Below are positions 12,431 to 25,415 of a stretch of DNA of 64,000 nt, in pieces (positions within the stretch are counted from its first letter, which is position 1; the number at the start of each line of letters is the position of its first letter). Under the pieces are notes generated by a model. It was not told the origin of the DNA, did not search any database, and saw nothing but the letters and a program-made list of their open reading frames with translations. A program made the position numbers and the translations under genes. The stretch lies in NCBI GenBank assembly GCA_964234715.1, contig OZ174279.1; one strand, written 5' to 3'. This stretch comes from Podarcis melisellensis. Taxonomy: Eukaryota.

Positions 12431-13129
12431 GGCGAGTGACAAAATTCTTTTGCTGTTTTAGTCTTCTACAACTGTGACCTATCAAAATAAATAACTTTAT
12501 GAAAATCACACTAACACTTAAATTATTTTAATGCAAGTCTATTCCAGATTAGACAGACTGGTTTTCAACCCGTGATGTGGCAAATAACGTTTTAAAGTAA
12601 ATTAACAATAGTACAATTATTAAACTAACCTTTGGTTGGGGAGGACTGCACAAAAGTCATAGGCAAATAAACACCTGGATGTTCTAAGTAAATGCATTAA
12701 AAAACCTGGTTTGTGACAAAAGTTCAATACGTAGCTGTAACCAAGACTTCTAGAAGCTCATCTTTCAAGGTGTGGATGCATCTGCAACATAATATGGCAC
12801 CTTACCAAGAGCAACGCTATCGCTTTGTTCACAGAAGTTTAATTGACTTGCAGACTTTAAAATGGCACCGCAGTTAAAGAACAGGTCTTTGCACTGTAAA
12901 TATCAGCGATTGTGAACCTAGGGGAGTCCAGCGACTGGAGCTGCTGCGCGAAAGAGCAGGGGAAAATACCAGGTATACTGAAACACTTAGGCCTGAGACA
13001 GAAATTGAGACTGCATTCCAAAGCAATATGTATTCGGAGAATAAAGATGAAAAGCAATCTCTTGAAAACGGAAGTTTCCCGAAAAGTTAGAGCGGGGGAG
13101 AGAAAAAGCAACGTCCACTAGAAACCTGC

Positions 13130-14300
13130 ACGTAGGCAGACTGAGGTCGCGAGCACCTGACAGCCAGCTTAACTGAGCTCAGTCCGACTCGCTTCTTAGC
13201 AATCACACGTCCAATTGTCCTGCGTGAACCACTTGCAAAGAAAACCTCACCGGCAGGATGGAAGATATATTGTATTTAATGGGATACGTGGGGGGGGGGG
13301 CGACACAAACAAGGCCTACAAATAAGGAACGAGAGAATGCGAGTGGAGGAAATTCACGGAGTGAAACAAAGAAGTAATTATTGGGTGGCTCTCGCGCTGC
13401 CCATGCATGCGAGGCACGCGGGGTGGGGGGCGAGAAGAAGTGGATGGAGGGCGGGCGGGGACACAGACAAGAGGCCTTTGAGGGCGAAACTGCCAGCCAG
13501 CTCGCTCGCTCTTCCTCCTCAGGTGGAGGGACAGGGGCCCGAGGAGAAAGCAGAGCGGGAGACGCGCCTCCTCCTCCTCCTCCTGCAACAACAATGAGGG
13601 GCAGAGGCCTGCCTGCCGCCCGGGAGAAGAGCCTCCCTCTCTCGCATTGCCCAGCCCGCCCAAGGGCCGCTGTCGGAAACCTCAAGGCTCGTCACGTCTG
13701 AAACGGCCAACCCGGCCTCGGCGCCTTTGACGCGCCTCAACCCCGACGACCCTTTACCTGGCGCGGGCCGAATGAGGACTCACAGGGGCCATTTCAAACT
13801 CCTCCGGCACATTCCCCACCCCCTCCGACACCCCGCGCACACGGATAATCGAGGCACGGCGCATGCGTCGAAGTGGAGTGCGAGCGAGGACGGGTTGGAG
13901 GGGGCGATTCACTCGGGCGCCGCGCACCTCGGTGACGTCTCGAAGTGAGATTTCTCCGCCCCTCCCTCGTACACGTGCTCCGGGAAGATGGGGTCGCCGT
14001 CTCCAAAACAAGGAAGGGAAGTAACGGCGCGCATGCGTCAAGGGAAGCCCCACCCCTCCCCTAATGATCGAGAAGCGAAGAATCCTATGAGGAAAGCCGT
14101 CATTCGATTTGCATTACGTCGTATTCCGTCGCCACTTTGCTTGGCGGGTCATAATCGCAGCGCCATCTTACTGTAGAGTAGGCACCTTGAGGGAATGTCG
14201 AGGTTGAGAGGTCCGGGCCTAAAGAAGCGCCTCAGATTCTGCGCTGCCATGAGGCAAACAAACGCTTCCTGACGCCCGCTTCCTACCTGAAGCTCAGAAT
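13130..14300 (-). promoter_or_regulatory. CCAR1 CpG-island promoter
   Basis: Only extended CpG-dense block in the window; NRF1-type GCGCATGCGT at 13859-13868 and 14029-14038; YY1-type AAGATGGCG on the minus strand at 14161-14169; CRE-like TGACGT sites and GC boxes. Confidence 0.85.
13758..13860 (-). other. CCAR1: Putative CCAR1 non-coding exon 1 (5' end uncertain)
   Basis: Strong donor CCAG|gtaaag at 13758/13757 inside the CpG island; YY1-type AAATGGC ~30 nt upstream of it; TSS not determinable from sequence. Confidence 0.7.
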
Positions 14301-15369
14301 GCACCCCAAGCGTTGAAAAACCACGATCCCAAAATAGAAAACGAAATGTTACTGCTTTAATATTTATGTTTACACCAATCTTATAAATTTCCAGTGCTCA
14401 AATGCGCAGTGTCACGCCACGGGAATACTTCACATTTTCTCTCCAACCGCCAATACTGTAGTTTAATTATTTCAGGTACAATTAGAAATGTCACTTTAAA
14501 TGAAAGCTGGTGGGTTATCCAGTGTTGAGCGTTCCGTGGACTAAATAAACAGAACTAAACGCCACAAGACGACAACAAAAGAACAAACCACACTGATTTC
14601 TGCCACAATATTAATTACTGTATCAACAACAGGAATACGGTTTTATTTTGAAAGCACTTAGCTACAAGAGACACATATGCTTTCCCCAAAACAAGCATTA
14701 GTTGCGAAACGTGCTTATTTTTGCCAGCTATTTAACTCTTTAACGGCAGAGGAGCTGTACCAGATGAAGAAAAAATCTCAGCCAATATAAATGCCACAAA
14801 GCATAATAGTACAGCTTTTCAGGACAAGCACCTGGTTCATCTGTCAAAGAAGTCACCCTTAGGGAATCAACAAGGTTTCAATTTGTGGTTTCCTCCCCTA
14901 AAATAATCCAAAATAACTGATCAATTGTGTTTAGCTTCTGTGCAATAGAATAGTGCAAGTGTGAAAATTAATTAAGCAATTAAGACAGAAGAGAACATTG
15001 TTAATCACAAACTTCCAACAGTGAAACCATATCCTGTCTTATATTTCCAAAGCTAAAAAGCAATTTAAATTAAAATATTTAAAGAGTGGCGTACTATGCA
15101 ATAATCCTGTTGATTCTTCTGAACTTTGCATTGGCTTTTGATGTCCTGGACAGGCTGGATGGGTCAGAGTTTGGAAAGAAGATGGTGCTAGAGAGGTACA
15201 GTTCCACTTATTGCCATCTATTGCTATGGGACCTTGCACTGTTCTGCCATGTCTCCCAACATGTTTTGAGGTGACTTCAAATACAGATGACACTCATCTC
15301 TATTTAGAAATGTAGAAAACTGCCTGGGTGAGTAATATTTTACTAATACTTCACTAGACTGGGCTTCAC

Positions 15370-15890
15370 TCCCTCAAAGAAACAAGCTAGAGTTTGGGGT
15401 GCTCCTTGATCCATCTGTGTTTTTGGAGGCACACACTGCCCCTGTGGCACAGTTTAGAACGATAACAATATCAGGACACCTCTATTGTAGCCGCTTACAT
15501 GGACAGAGATACCCTGACCTCAGCAATCCATGCCCTAGTAACTTGATTACCTGCTAATAACAGATTAATGTGCTATAATATATTGGGCTCCCTTTGAAGA
15601 CTCTTTGGAAACTGCAATTAGGCTATAATACATTATACCTGGAAAGCATAAGTGCTGGTTTTGATTTCCAAAAGCTTGGTTCCAGGATACTTTAACACTG
15701 CTTGTTTTCACATTTGTCTGCATGTATACCAAAATACTCAACTGAGGTGTGGTGGGTAACTACAGCGGTAAAGGCCTACTTAGTGGTGGCACCTTAACTG
15801 CAGCATGCTTTCCCCAGGAGAACTTGCCTGGTGTGTCATTTCAGCACCAGATGAAGCCCTTTAAATTTTCCCAAGGTTTTAAATAGTCTG
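15370..15890 (+). mobile_element. Decayed L2 fragment
   Basis: GGGCTCCCTTTGAAGAC..GGAAACTGCAATTAG, similar to the other L2 copies; boundaries approximate. Confidence 0.55.
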
Positions 15891-16279
15891 CAAATTGTTT
15901 TAAGGCTAATTTTGTGTTTGCTTTATTTCTTATGTCTTATGTTTTAATTATTTGTTTTTTAAGTTCCTAAAGTAATTGTGCCTTTAACAGGAGCTTCAGA
16001 TGCAGAAATCACTAGGAGTAGCTTCCACTCCAGACACTGAGGTGGAATTTAGTTGCATCTGCTAATGCCTGCAGATGAAACTGCTGTTAAAAGCACAAGA
16101 GCAGATAAAAGTGGGGAAAGGGCAATCTTACCTGTAGCTTCAAGCTATTACTAAGATGCATTTGTATGAATGGATAAAGTGCTCCTTTGCTGTGTGTACT
16201 ATCCTTCAGAAGAGAAAATGCCCAAGAAATATAGAAAATAAAAAATTAAGACAATCAAGTGCAAAATAGAAGTATAAAA

Positions 16280-16285
16280 TTTATT
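16280..16285 (-). terminator. Candidate distal poly(A) signal of TET1
   Basis: AATAAA on the minus strand followed ~20 nt later by a CA dinucleotide and a U/GU-rich tract (TTGATTGTCTTAATTTTTTATTTTCT). Confidence 0.6.
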
Positions 16286-17700
16286 TGAAACCATCCACAA
16301 TGTTCTGTGTTATCAGAAATGATACACTTTGTAATAATTTTTTTTTTGGAAAAAAAATCATGACAAAAATTTAAAATATATTTTCAATGACAGCAATTTA
16401 TCTTGCCTTTTTAGGACATTTTTAAAGGAACATTTAAAAGTTTAAACAGATATGACACATACAAGAAAAAAACCAAGAAAAACAAAAACAAAAAACCAGA
16501 ACAGACCATCTCCACAACAATAATTTTTACACATATGTTTCAATACAATTTAAATGCATCTTGCTACATAAACATGAAATAATGTACAACAACTGCTGTG
16601 CACCAAAAAGAGTAGCTTAGTAAGATCTTTCAAGTAACATGCAGTCAAAACCTACGTCTTCAAGTACTGCTGGTAAGCGTTCCCTTGTCTGCAGAGAATA
16701 TTCAAATATATTTTCCCCCACCCAATGAAATGAAGTAGCTTTAATCCTTTTTCCTGTAAGTATTGTGAAATAGTGAAGTGCTTTCCTCCCATTTATTAGT
16801 AACTTAAAATAATGGTAAATGATAAAAATGTATTTGCCTTTTCATTTTTCAACCACTAGATCATCTAAATACAGTAGAATGTTAGAGGGAAAATCCACCA
16901 AAATCAAAGTTATATCTGTTGAAAAATAAATATTGTATGCACCCCAGTTTAAAAAAACAACAACACACTACACACAAGAAACAATACAATACAGGGAATA
17001 TTAATCAACAACAGCTCAAGTTTCTTCTGCTTGAGCATAATGTATTTTCCTATTTTTGTTTTTAGGCTACTGAAACTGAATTTTTGAACATGTCTGCTGT
17101 GATTATTTTATGTATTACATTTTGGATACAATCTGGTGAGATTAGTCACAACTAATTCTTAATGAAATCAATGGGACATGCAACCTGATTATGCATTTTT
17201 AGTCAGAAGCATACTAGAAAGGAAGTCCCACTGAACACAATCTAATTCACTTCCAAACAAACATGCTTAAGCCTACGCACATTTAGCTGGAAGAAAGCAC
17301 CTTTTAACTCAATGGGGCTAGCTTCTGAGTAGATATGCATAAAGTTATTCTATAACCTCACTGATTTTATTGACACCAAGGCTGTAGTCCTGTGCACAAT
17401 TTACTCCCGTGTAATCCTCACTGAACTCAGTAGAATTTAGTTATGAGTAAACATTTACTGGATTAGATTGCATAACTGCATTCTTAAATTTACTTAATTT
17501 AATTCAGTGGTACATTTCTGAATAAATATGCCTAAGACTGCAGCTTTTACTAGATTGCACCCTTGGTTTCTGATTACCATAGCCATAATATAGTAAACCC
17601 CTTTATTCACACAGCAGCATTTCTGCTTTTCTAAACAGCATTCCTCCAACTCTCCTGATCAAGCTACTTTTGAAACTTGAGGCAAGAAGGTCCTCTAGAT

Positions 17701-17836
17701 CAGTGTTTCCCAAACTTGGGTCTCCAGCTGTTTTTGGACTACAACTCTCACCATCCCTAGCTAGCAGGACCAGTGGTCAGGGACGATGGGAATTGTAGTC
17801 CAAAAAGAGCTGGGGACCCAAGTTTGGGAAACACTG
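17701..17836. mobile_element. hAT-type palindromic MITE
   Basis: TIR CAGTGTTTCCCAAACTTGGGTC, long fold-back, perfect 8-bp TSD CTCTAGAT. Confidence 0.92.
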
Positions 17837-18959
17837 CTCTAGATCACAGTTGTACTTCTGACATATTTTTGCAATGTGAAGATTTATTAAAAAAGAAAAA
17901 AAAGACAGCACTTCAAAAACTGGAACTATAAGGTCTTAAAATGTCTAACATCAAAATGTTTTGTTGCAACTACAATGAACATTAGATTTGTAATATTTTA
18001 CAAAGCATTACCAGCCTATCTGGCTTCAACATCTTGGGCACTAGTTACATTCAGCATTGAAGGACACAACAGACAGAATCTCAAAGCTGCCATGTTTTGC
18101 TATAACTCTAAAATGGCATTCACAAATGCAAGAACATTGTATAGTCTTGCTAAACTGCAAACATTTATTAAATATTGATATACTATATAGCAGAAACCCA
18201 ACTATCATAATTGCTTAATTAAAGCGTGTCTGTGTAGCTACATAGCGTTGTAACACTAGGCTTCTTTTTAAATGATCTTTGATTACCCTAACATTTCAGG
18301 TGCCTCTCAAGCCAGCTTGTATTTGCAGCCTATGCCACTACAACTTTTAATTCTCATTTATAGTGCTGTTTGCTAAATGAAACTATTTTTAGACAACTAG
18401 TAGATTTTTGCTCAATTTCATGATTACATTTTGAGGTTCTGAAATGATGGCTGCAATGGCCTGCACATAGAAACAGTTCAGCAAATTGCTAATTGCTTAT
18501 AGACAAACGAAATAGCCACTTCCTAGAGTTCCAATCACATAATTGGCTATAAATCCTTCATTTGTGAACTTTTACATATCACAACTACAGGTTTGAGCAA
18601 TTTATTTTGTTTTCTAGCATCAATCCTATAGTTATTTGTGAACACGTGTTAACTACCACTGTTATTAGAATTAACTGAAAATTACCTTCTACAAATGCTG
18701 TTTGATTTGCAACAGGGAATGAAGTTGGGTAAAATGCTCTTAAAGCTATCTCAGCAGGTCAAGGAGTGTGTAACATAGCTGTTCAATTAAACATTTGCCA
18801 AATGCTGAAATGATTCAGTCTTACCACATTCTGCTAGTATTATGACTCCTACCATCCCATGGAACAAATCAGTCAGTCACCCTGTTTTTTCTTACAGAAG
18901 GAATTGGGTAAGGTATGTCTACAGCTGCAAACCTATGTTCTGGATAATAAAAATATGTT

Positions 18960-19060
18960 TATTTTAATATCACATTTTTCTTCTGTTACGGAACTCAAGA
19001 TACTGAATATGCTTCCTAGGGAGTCACCCACCCAAGCACTGACCAGACCTGCTTAGCTTC
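18960..19060 (-). mobile_element. 5S rRNA-derived SINE fragment
   Basis: Minus strand reads GAAGCTAAGCAGG..TGGTCAGTGCTTGGGTGGGTGAC..TAGGAA, resembling the 5S internal control region. Confidence 0.6.
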
Positions 19061-21566
19061 ATCCTCAAATTTTCAAAACTGAAACCAACACATAATTGTT
19101 ATTACTTGGCCTGTAGTAAAAGAAAGAAAAACTTCAAAGAAAGAATCCTTGATTGATTGCAGAACTGATTTATTTTATTTTTGTTCCCTTGGAGGAATGC
19201 TTTTCATTTATACTCCAAATGCCCATTTCACCCTGCAAGACGGACATAAAGAACTGGTGTTTATAAATGAAAATCTGTCTTTATTTTCAGCTTTTGAGAA
19301 GAGGCTTATGTTCATTAAATTGAAGCTCATTACATTAGAGAACACTTTTTCATGCTGCAACAGTACTTGTGGTAGTCATGGAGTCCTACATAAAGCTGCA
19401 ACAGCACTATTTTTTTTGTGTGTGGTGTGTATTTTTGAAGGTTTAATTCAATTCTATCAATATACAACACTTGGTTAATTACACTTAAAAGGGGAGTAAG
19501 ATGAAGATGTGGATTATAGGAGAATACATCTGCTTATAGGGTGAAAACTGATTTATTGTGGTAAGCTTTTGGGTAGACAAGAAGCCTCCCATACCTCTTA
19601 AGAGATGTTCTTCAATTACCTGACTTTGAAAGGGACAGCTCAAGAGCCACTTAAGTATGACTCTGTGGCTCAGGGACTGGGTACAGCAGTAATGTCTGCC
19701 ATGTTGATGGAGTGCATTGCCAGTAACTCTCCCGGCAAAAGTCATGTTTGCCTTGGCTGCTAGCAATACTCTCCGGGCATGGTCAGGACCAGGGTTAGCT
19801 GTACAATTCTGAAGTCAGGGAGTTGTCTAGTTACTGGGATGATACAGCCTTATGGTAACATACAGGTAACTGTAGGGCTAAGTGAGTTATAGCAACCTCT
19901 TTTTAAATAGTGCTGGCATTATGTTGGACTTTGTATGCAACAACAGTGAGCTTCCATATCTTTCTCTAACAAAGAGATATGGTAGTCCTCTGCCAACCCC
20001 TCTAGGGAAAGCAGAGCTGGACTGCTTTGGCAGAACTCAAGGGAAGGGATCCCAGGTTGTGCTCTGCTCCTGGTAGAACTCTGACCCAGTTAAGCATAGA
20101 ACACTTTTCATAGTAACTGTCTGTAGCAAATCAAAGAAGAATGATTATGTGGGAAAGTGGGTCTCTTTTTTACACATTTAGGTGACCCAACTGCAAGTCC
20201 CGAATTTCATGTTTTAAGAAATCCTGTTCTAGATAGCATCCTGTTTTTAATTCAGATTGTTGCTGATGCAGGGATGCTTCAAGTAGGAAGTTTAAGGGTG
20301 CACCAAGGTAGCAAGAACAGTTTGTGGAACCTTAAGCAAGATAGCACTAAAAGCAAAAACATTCAATGGAGAGACTTGATAATACAAGCAGAGTTTTTGT
20401 AGAGCATGGTAAAGCTAGGCTCTAAGCTTCCTAGTCTGAACTAGTAAAGGAGAACACACAGATTTTATGCACCTGAGACCCTCCCCATATTAACAAATCA
20501 GCCAACTATACACCATGTACAAACCTCACTGTACTGCCAATAACATTTTTTTTTCTGAGAAATCGGTTGGATGAGCTAGGAATTTAATAAAACAAAATAC
20601 CACAATTCACAGGACCAAAATGTGATCTATGTATCTCAAGCACTTTGCAGAGCCAAAGCCACTGATAATTTGATCAATAGGAGTTATAGCAAATCAAGGA
20701 AAGCATGCATCTTTTACCATTCCATTCCTTTCATTTCCTTGTCTCTAGGCTCCTGAACTAGCTAGCATGGAAGGTCACCAATGAAAGCAATAGGGAGAAT
20801 CTTAGACTAAACTGCTTTAAAAAGGGATTTGTGTTGCTACAGCAGTCTGAAGATTTTGCTGCTTGTTACAGCCCCAAAGAATCACTATTACAAGACAATA
20901 GTATTACAAACCTTTGTAGCTATAAGCTCATTCACAAAATTACATCAATTTCTATGTAAAAATGATAAATATTCTGAAATGCTACAATAAATAGCACACA
21001 GCTGTATATACAGTAAGTAGTTGCCAATTTGCACACCGCATGCATGGTTGATACCATCTGCTATTAAAACTGCAGTTAAATCAGATATTATAAAAATGTA
21101 GTTGGCTACATTGTATTCTATGTGTAACAGTAATAAGCAAGAGTATTTCATAAATTTATTCAAAAATAATTAAAATATACCACTGAAATCAGATTAAACA
21201 CTTTTATTTCTTAATTTCAATAATATATTTTAAATGTTTTGGTAGCCTGATGAATCTAACGAAGTTTTATTAGCTGCTAAAAAGGATCATGCACTTCCAT
21301 CTTAAACTCATTATATGGAAGGACAGCCCAATGAAATTAACAGGACTAATTAAAATCAGTGGGACTTCCAAGTAATGGATTTAGCATCAGGTTGATAAGT
21401 TACATTTTAAATACATATGGTTTTCCTATTTAGCATTGTCATTTTAAGACCTGCTTTCTTCTCCAAATAGAACAATACATTTTCCACTAGTAGCCATGTC
21501 AAAACTATGCAGTTCACAGAGATGTTAAGAGATATCCTAATTGGATGGGTCTATCCTGCTCTTAAG

Positions 21567-21885
21567 GACGCAGGTAGCACTGTGGTCTAAAACCACTGAT
21601 CCTGGGGCTTGCTGATTGGAAGGTCGGTGCGACGGAGTGAGCTCCCATTGCTTGGTCCCAGCTCCTGCCAACCTAGCAGTTCAAAAACACGTCAAAGTGC
21701 GAGTAGATAAATAGGTACCGCTCCAGCGGGAAGGTAAATGGCATTTCCTTAGTCATGCTGGCCACGTGACCTGGAAAAACTGTCTGCGGACAAACGTCAG
21801 CTCCCTCAGCCAGTAAAGCGATATGAGCGCCACAACCCCAGAGTCGTTTGCGACTGGACTTAACTGTCAGGGGTCCTTTACCTTT
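21567..21885 (+). mobile_element. Sauria SINE, near full length, with TSD
   Basis: tRNA-like head, (ACCTTT) tail, 15-bp TSD TATCCTG(C/A)TCTTAAG at 21552-21566 and 21886-21900. Confidence 0.9.
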
Positions 21886-22151
21886 TATCCTGATCTTAAG
21901 CTTTTGGTGATGTTTATTAGTTAAACCATCTAACTTTACATAAAGCGTGTGTGTGGTACAGTGTTTACCAAGAATCACAAGGAAATTCATTCATCAATGT
22001 TGTATCTGTAGTAATGTGTACACTGCAAATTTTACACAGCAAAATTTACAAGAACAAAGATGTTCTTGCTATAGTAGCATTGTAAGCTGGGTTTTCTTTA
22101 AATTTCTGAACTGGGTAAAACTGTGGCAGAGTGACATTAAAGTTCCCTATA

Positions 22152-22332
22152 CAGTGGTACCTCTAGTTGTGAACAGGATCCGTTCCGGAGTTCTGTTCGC
22201 AACATGAGCAGAACGCAATCCGCGTCTGCACATGCCACGATTCGCCGTGTCTGCGCATGCACGTGACGTCATTTTGTGTGTCTGCACATGCGTGAGAGGC
22301 GAAACCCGAAAGTCACACACGAGGTATGACTA
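22152..22332. mobile_element. Tc1/mariner MITE, degenerate right end
   Basis: TA|CAGTGGTACCTC left TIR, CpG-rich interior, GAGGTATGACTA right end. Confidence 0.7.
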
Positions 22333-25126
22333 TATAAGCAGCTGGTAACCCTTTCAGGAAAGTCCTTTTTGCAGAAAGATTGTATAGACAGCAATACTAA
22401 AAATCAACCCAGCCTTGCACAGATGAGTACTGGAGGAATTCACAACCCTATTTACTGTATAAACAGCTGTTATTTTTAATAACTTTTAGGCTCACAAAAA
22501 ATATACAGATTTCAAAATGCAAATCTAAGGCACACAAAAATACCATAACAATTTAATGTTTATAGATATTCAAGAAGCAGAAAACTGCTGGTACAAAATG
22601 ATGGTATAATATTGACTTTAGATTATTTACAATCCCTACATATCTTCTGTTTGAACTAATCATAATCTTTGAGCTAACAAAAATGCAGCATATGGGTGGG
22701 TTTTTTTTTTCTTTTTACAAAGTTTGTTTGCTTTAAAAATAGAATGACTGTGTTGAAATCTCGCTCTTCTTATACACTTTATAAGAATGTTATAATTCCA
22801 GCTGATTCAATGGGCGTAAATATTGGGGAAATGGTCTGAATGGCATTGCCATGTGACCAACATTGCTGAGTGGTAGGTGTGGGGGTATAATCTAAAATGC
22901 AATCATGCTGGCACAGTCTCAGAGATGTTCATAAAACCCCTCCAGGGTTTGCAGGATCATAGATTAGAGCCACAACTCTGAACAAGTTCGGCTTACTTGG
23001 GCCCCACAGAAATCAATGGGACTTGCTGTTTGCTAAATTACCACTGATTTTAAGGACACCAGTTGTTAACCTGGGCAGAGGAGAAAGGGGCCCCTGCATC
23101 TAGCACCCATTTTATACATAGTGCTGCTGTACCAGATCTGGATAACTTGAAAACAGTTTTAATCACTAATATAACACCAATCACATTGGTGTATGTGTGA
23201 GAAGCAGGAGCCAGATGTTGTCCAAACACCCTGTTCTTGCTCCCCACTTTGCCTAACAAGTTCTCTGTACTATTGAGAGTGATGATAATCTGAAAGATGG
23301 AGAAATGGAGGAGCCCCATGAGTGCAGGAGAGTTCTCTTCCAATGCTCTTTAATCCCTGGATTGGCATACACATCTAACATTTTAAAAAGTAGCTGCAGT
23401 GATATAATTGGGATGAATTCCACGTTTACATTTCTGTACGACCAGAATCATAGGCAACTAAGGGTAAACGGAAGAATTCACATATATGTAATTTTTTCCA
23501 AACCAAAAAGATTTTCAGATTGTACACACAACCATGGTAGACATTTTAAAAAAACAAAAGCACCATGTCTAGAGGATCTAGACATTATTTGTTACAGCAC
23601 CACTACAATATCAAGTATGTTATCAGTAAAACTTCAAGCTCTGGTTAGACCTGTGGAATTTATGTACACGGTGGAGAATCACAAGTGTAACCAAAAAGCT
23701 TACCCTTATGGCCTGCAACCATTGCTCATACAAAATATGATAATTCAGAGCCCACTGATTTGAGCTGACAGGTCCATACCAAAAAAATTCCCCATGTCTA
23801 AAATGTAAACTGCTGGTCCTTGATAAGCATGATACTTATCAAGGCTGATATTTTGATTGTAGTTGGCTTAGTCAATTGAACTAAAATTAAAGGGGGGGGA
23901 TAGAGAAAAGGAGTTGGATGCTATAGTGTTCCAGATCTGGAGTATCTACCACACCTAATGTTTAATTTACGATGCATTGTCATGAAAAGGTAAATAATTT
24001 CTAAGGTTCAATTCACACAATCTATGTATGGGTTGTAACCTGTTTTTACATAGGTCTACTATTCAAGTAGGTGTGATCAGTCCCATCTGCATTCCTTCAT
24101 CAGTACTGCACCATCAGTTGTTCTGAGAACATTCAGTGCCCTGTGGCACCCATCTATTTGATCTGTTAGTAACCCCTTTGTCTGGGCATTCCCAACAGTT
24201 AATGAAATCCCTGGCATCTAGTCACCAGAAATTAGAAGCTGCTGCCTAGGAATCTGAATATCTTTCTTCCAGGACTAAAAATCTGGTCACCTAGAAATCT
24301 GAAACTAGTTGCTAGAAATGTGAAGGTTTTTTTCCAGCTTTGCTTCTTGTCAGAGCTACTAGAAGAGCAGTGTGGGCCATTACTATCTAAGAGATTTCAG
24401 ATATTTGCCAAGATTGCTTCAAGATTGCTTTGTAGCAGGTTTATGCCTATTCAGGGCTCTTAAGCAAACCAATCAGTTCAGCAACTATGCTTCAAGGATG
24501 AAATCAGTAAGCTCTGGCATAAGCTTTACAAATGGGAAGTTGCCCTGTAGGACCAAGTGTCCACAGTTCCTGTGTGTGGCTGAAATTCTACCTGCATCTG
24601 TAATGTTTGGGAACATACGTGGCCTTAAGAGAGCATATGAAGCAGACTTTATTTGTCACACTGCAATCGTGCTGGATGAGTAAGAAAGTGAAAGGGGGGG
24701 GAGTGTACAGACCTAATGTGTAGTTTGAACTAAATATGCAACATAAACCAAAAAAACTTATCAAGTCAAGAGACTGTAGATAGCACTGATAACCTCATAA
24801 TGTAACAAGTGAGAGTGAGAGTGTGTTCATGCGGTAAAGACCAAAGTGCATTTTAACTTCAGAAGATTTTTTAGCAGGACATTGTACAACAATATAAAAA
24901 CAAAGCCATACCAGCAGACTATTATAAAACCAGAATCTAAAGGGTTTGAATTCTTGCAATGTTTGTGGTACCAGTTGTTGCTAAGGAGGAACCACATGCA
25001 TACACATGAAAACTGTCCTATCCAGGGAGTTCCAGCCCAACTGGGAAGGGATTTGTTACATGTTTGCCTGGCAGTGTATTTTGATTTACTTCTCTGGACC
25101 TTATTTGGGTATTATATACACTTTAG

Positions 25127-25415
25127 CAGGGGTGGCTGAATTTAATTTAATTTTATTAAGGGTTACATTCACTTCAGCCATCCCTTTGAACCCACAAGCC
25201 AGCCACGAGTGTCACCCCCCCTACTTGCTTGCATGCATAAATGCACATGTGCATGCATGCACACATAGACGCAGACAGTCCACCACCTGGGCACTTCAAC
25301 ACTGCCTTTTCTTTTCCTGCTGTCAAAACAGGTGGGAACTTAAGAGTCAACAAAAGCTTGCATGGTGGACTGAATCAGGCCCTTGAACTGGGGGGGGGGT
25401 GCTTAGCCACCCCTG
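25127..25415. mobile_element. Older hAT-type non-autonomous element
   Basis: TIR CAGGGGTGGCT...AGCCACCCCTG; degenerate 8-bp flanks CACTTTAG and CCCTATAG. Confidence 0.65.

Noticed and set aside
13203-14176. Several 60-160 aa ORFs on both strands
   Set aside because: Expected by-product of a stop-poor CpG island; low-complexity products with no recognisable domain
19013-19060. 5S rRNA gene
   Set aside because: Only a diverged partial match, attached to a retroposon tail
23050-23763. 97-aa and 152-aa ORFs
   Set aside because: No recognisable homology or exon structure; lie within the putative UTR
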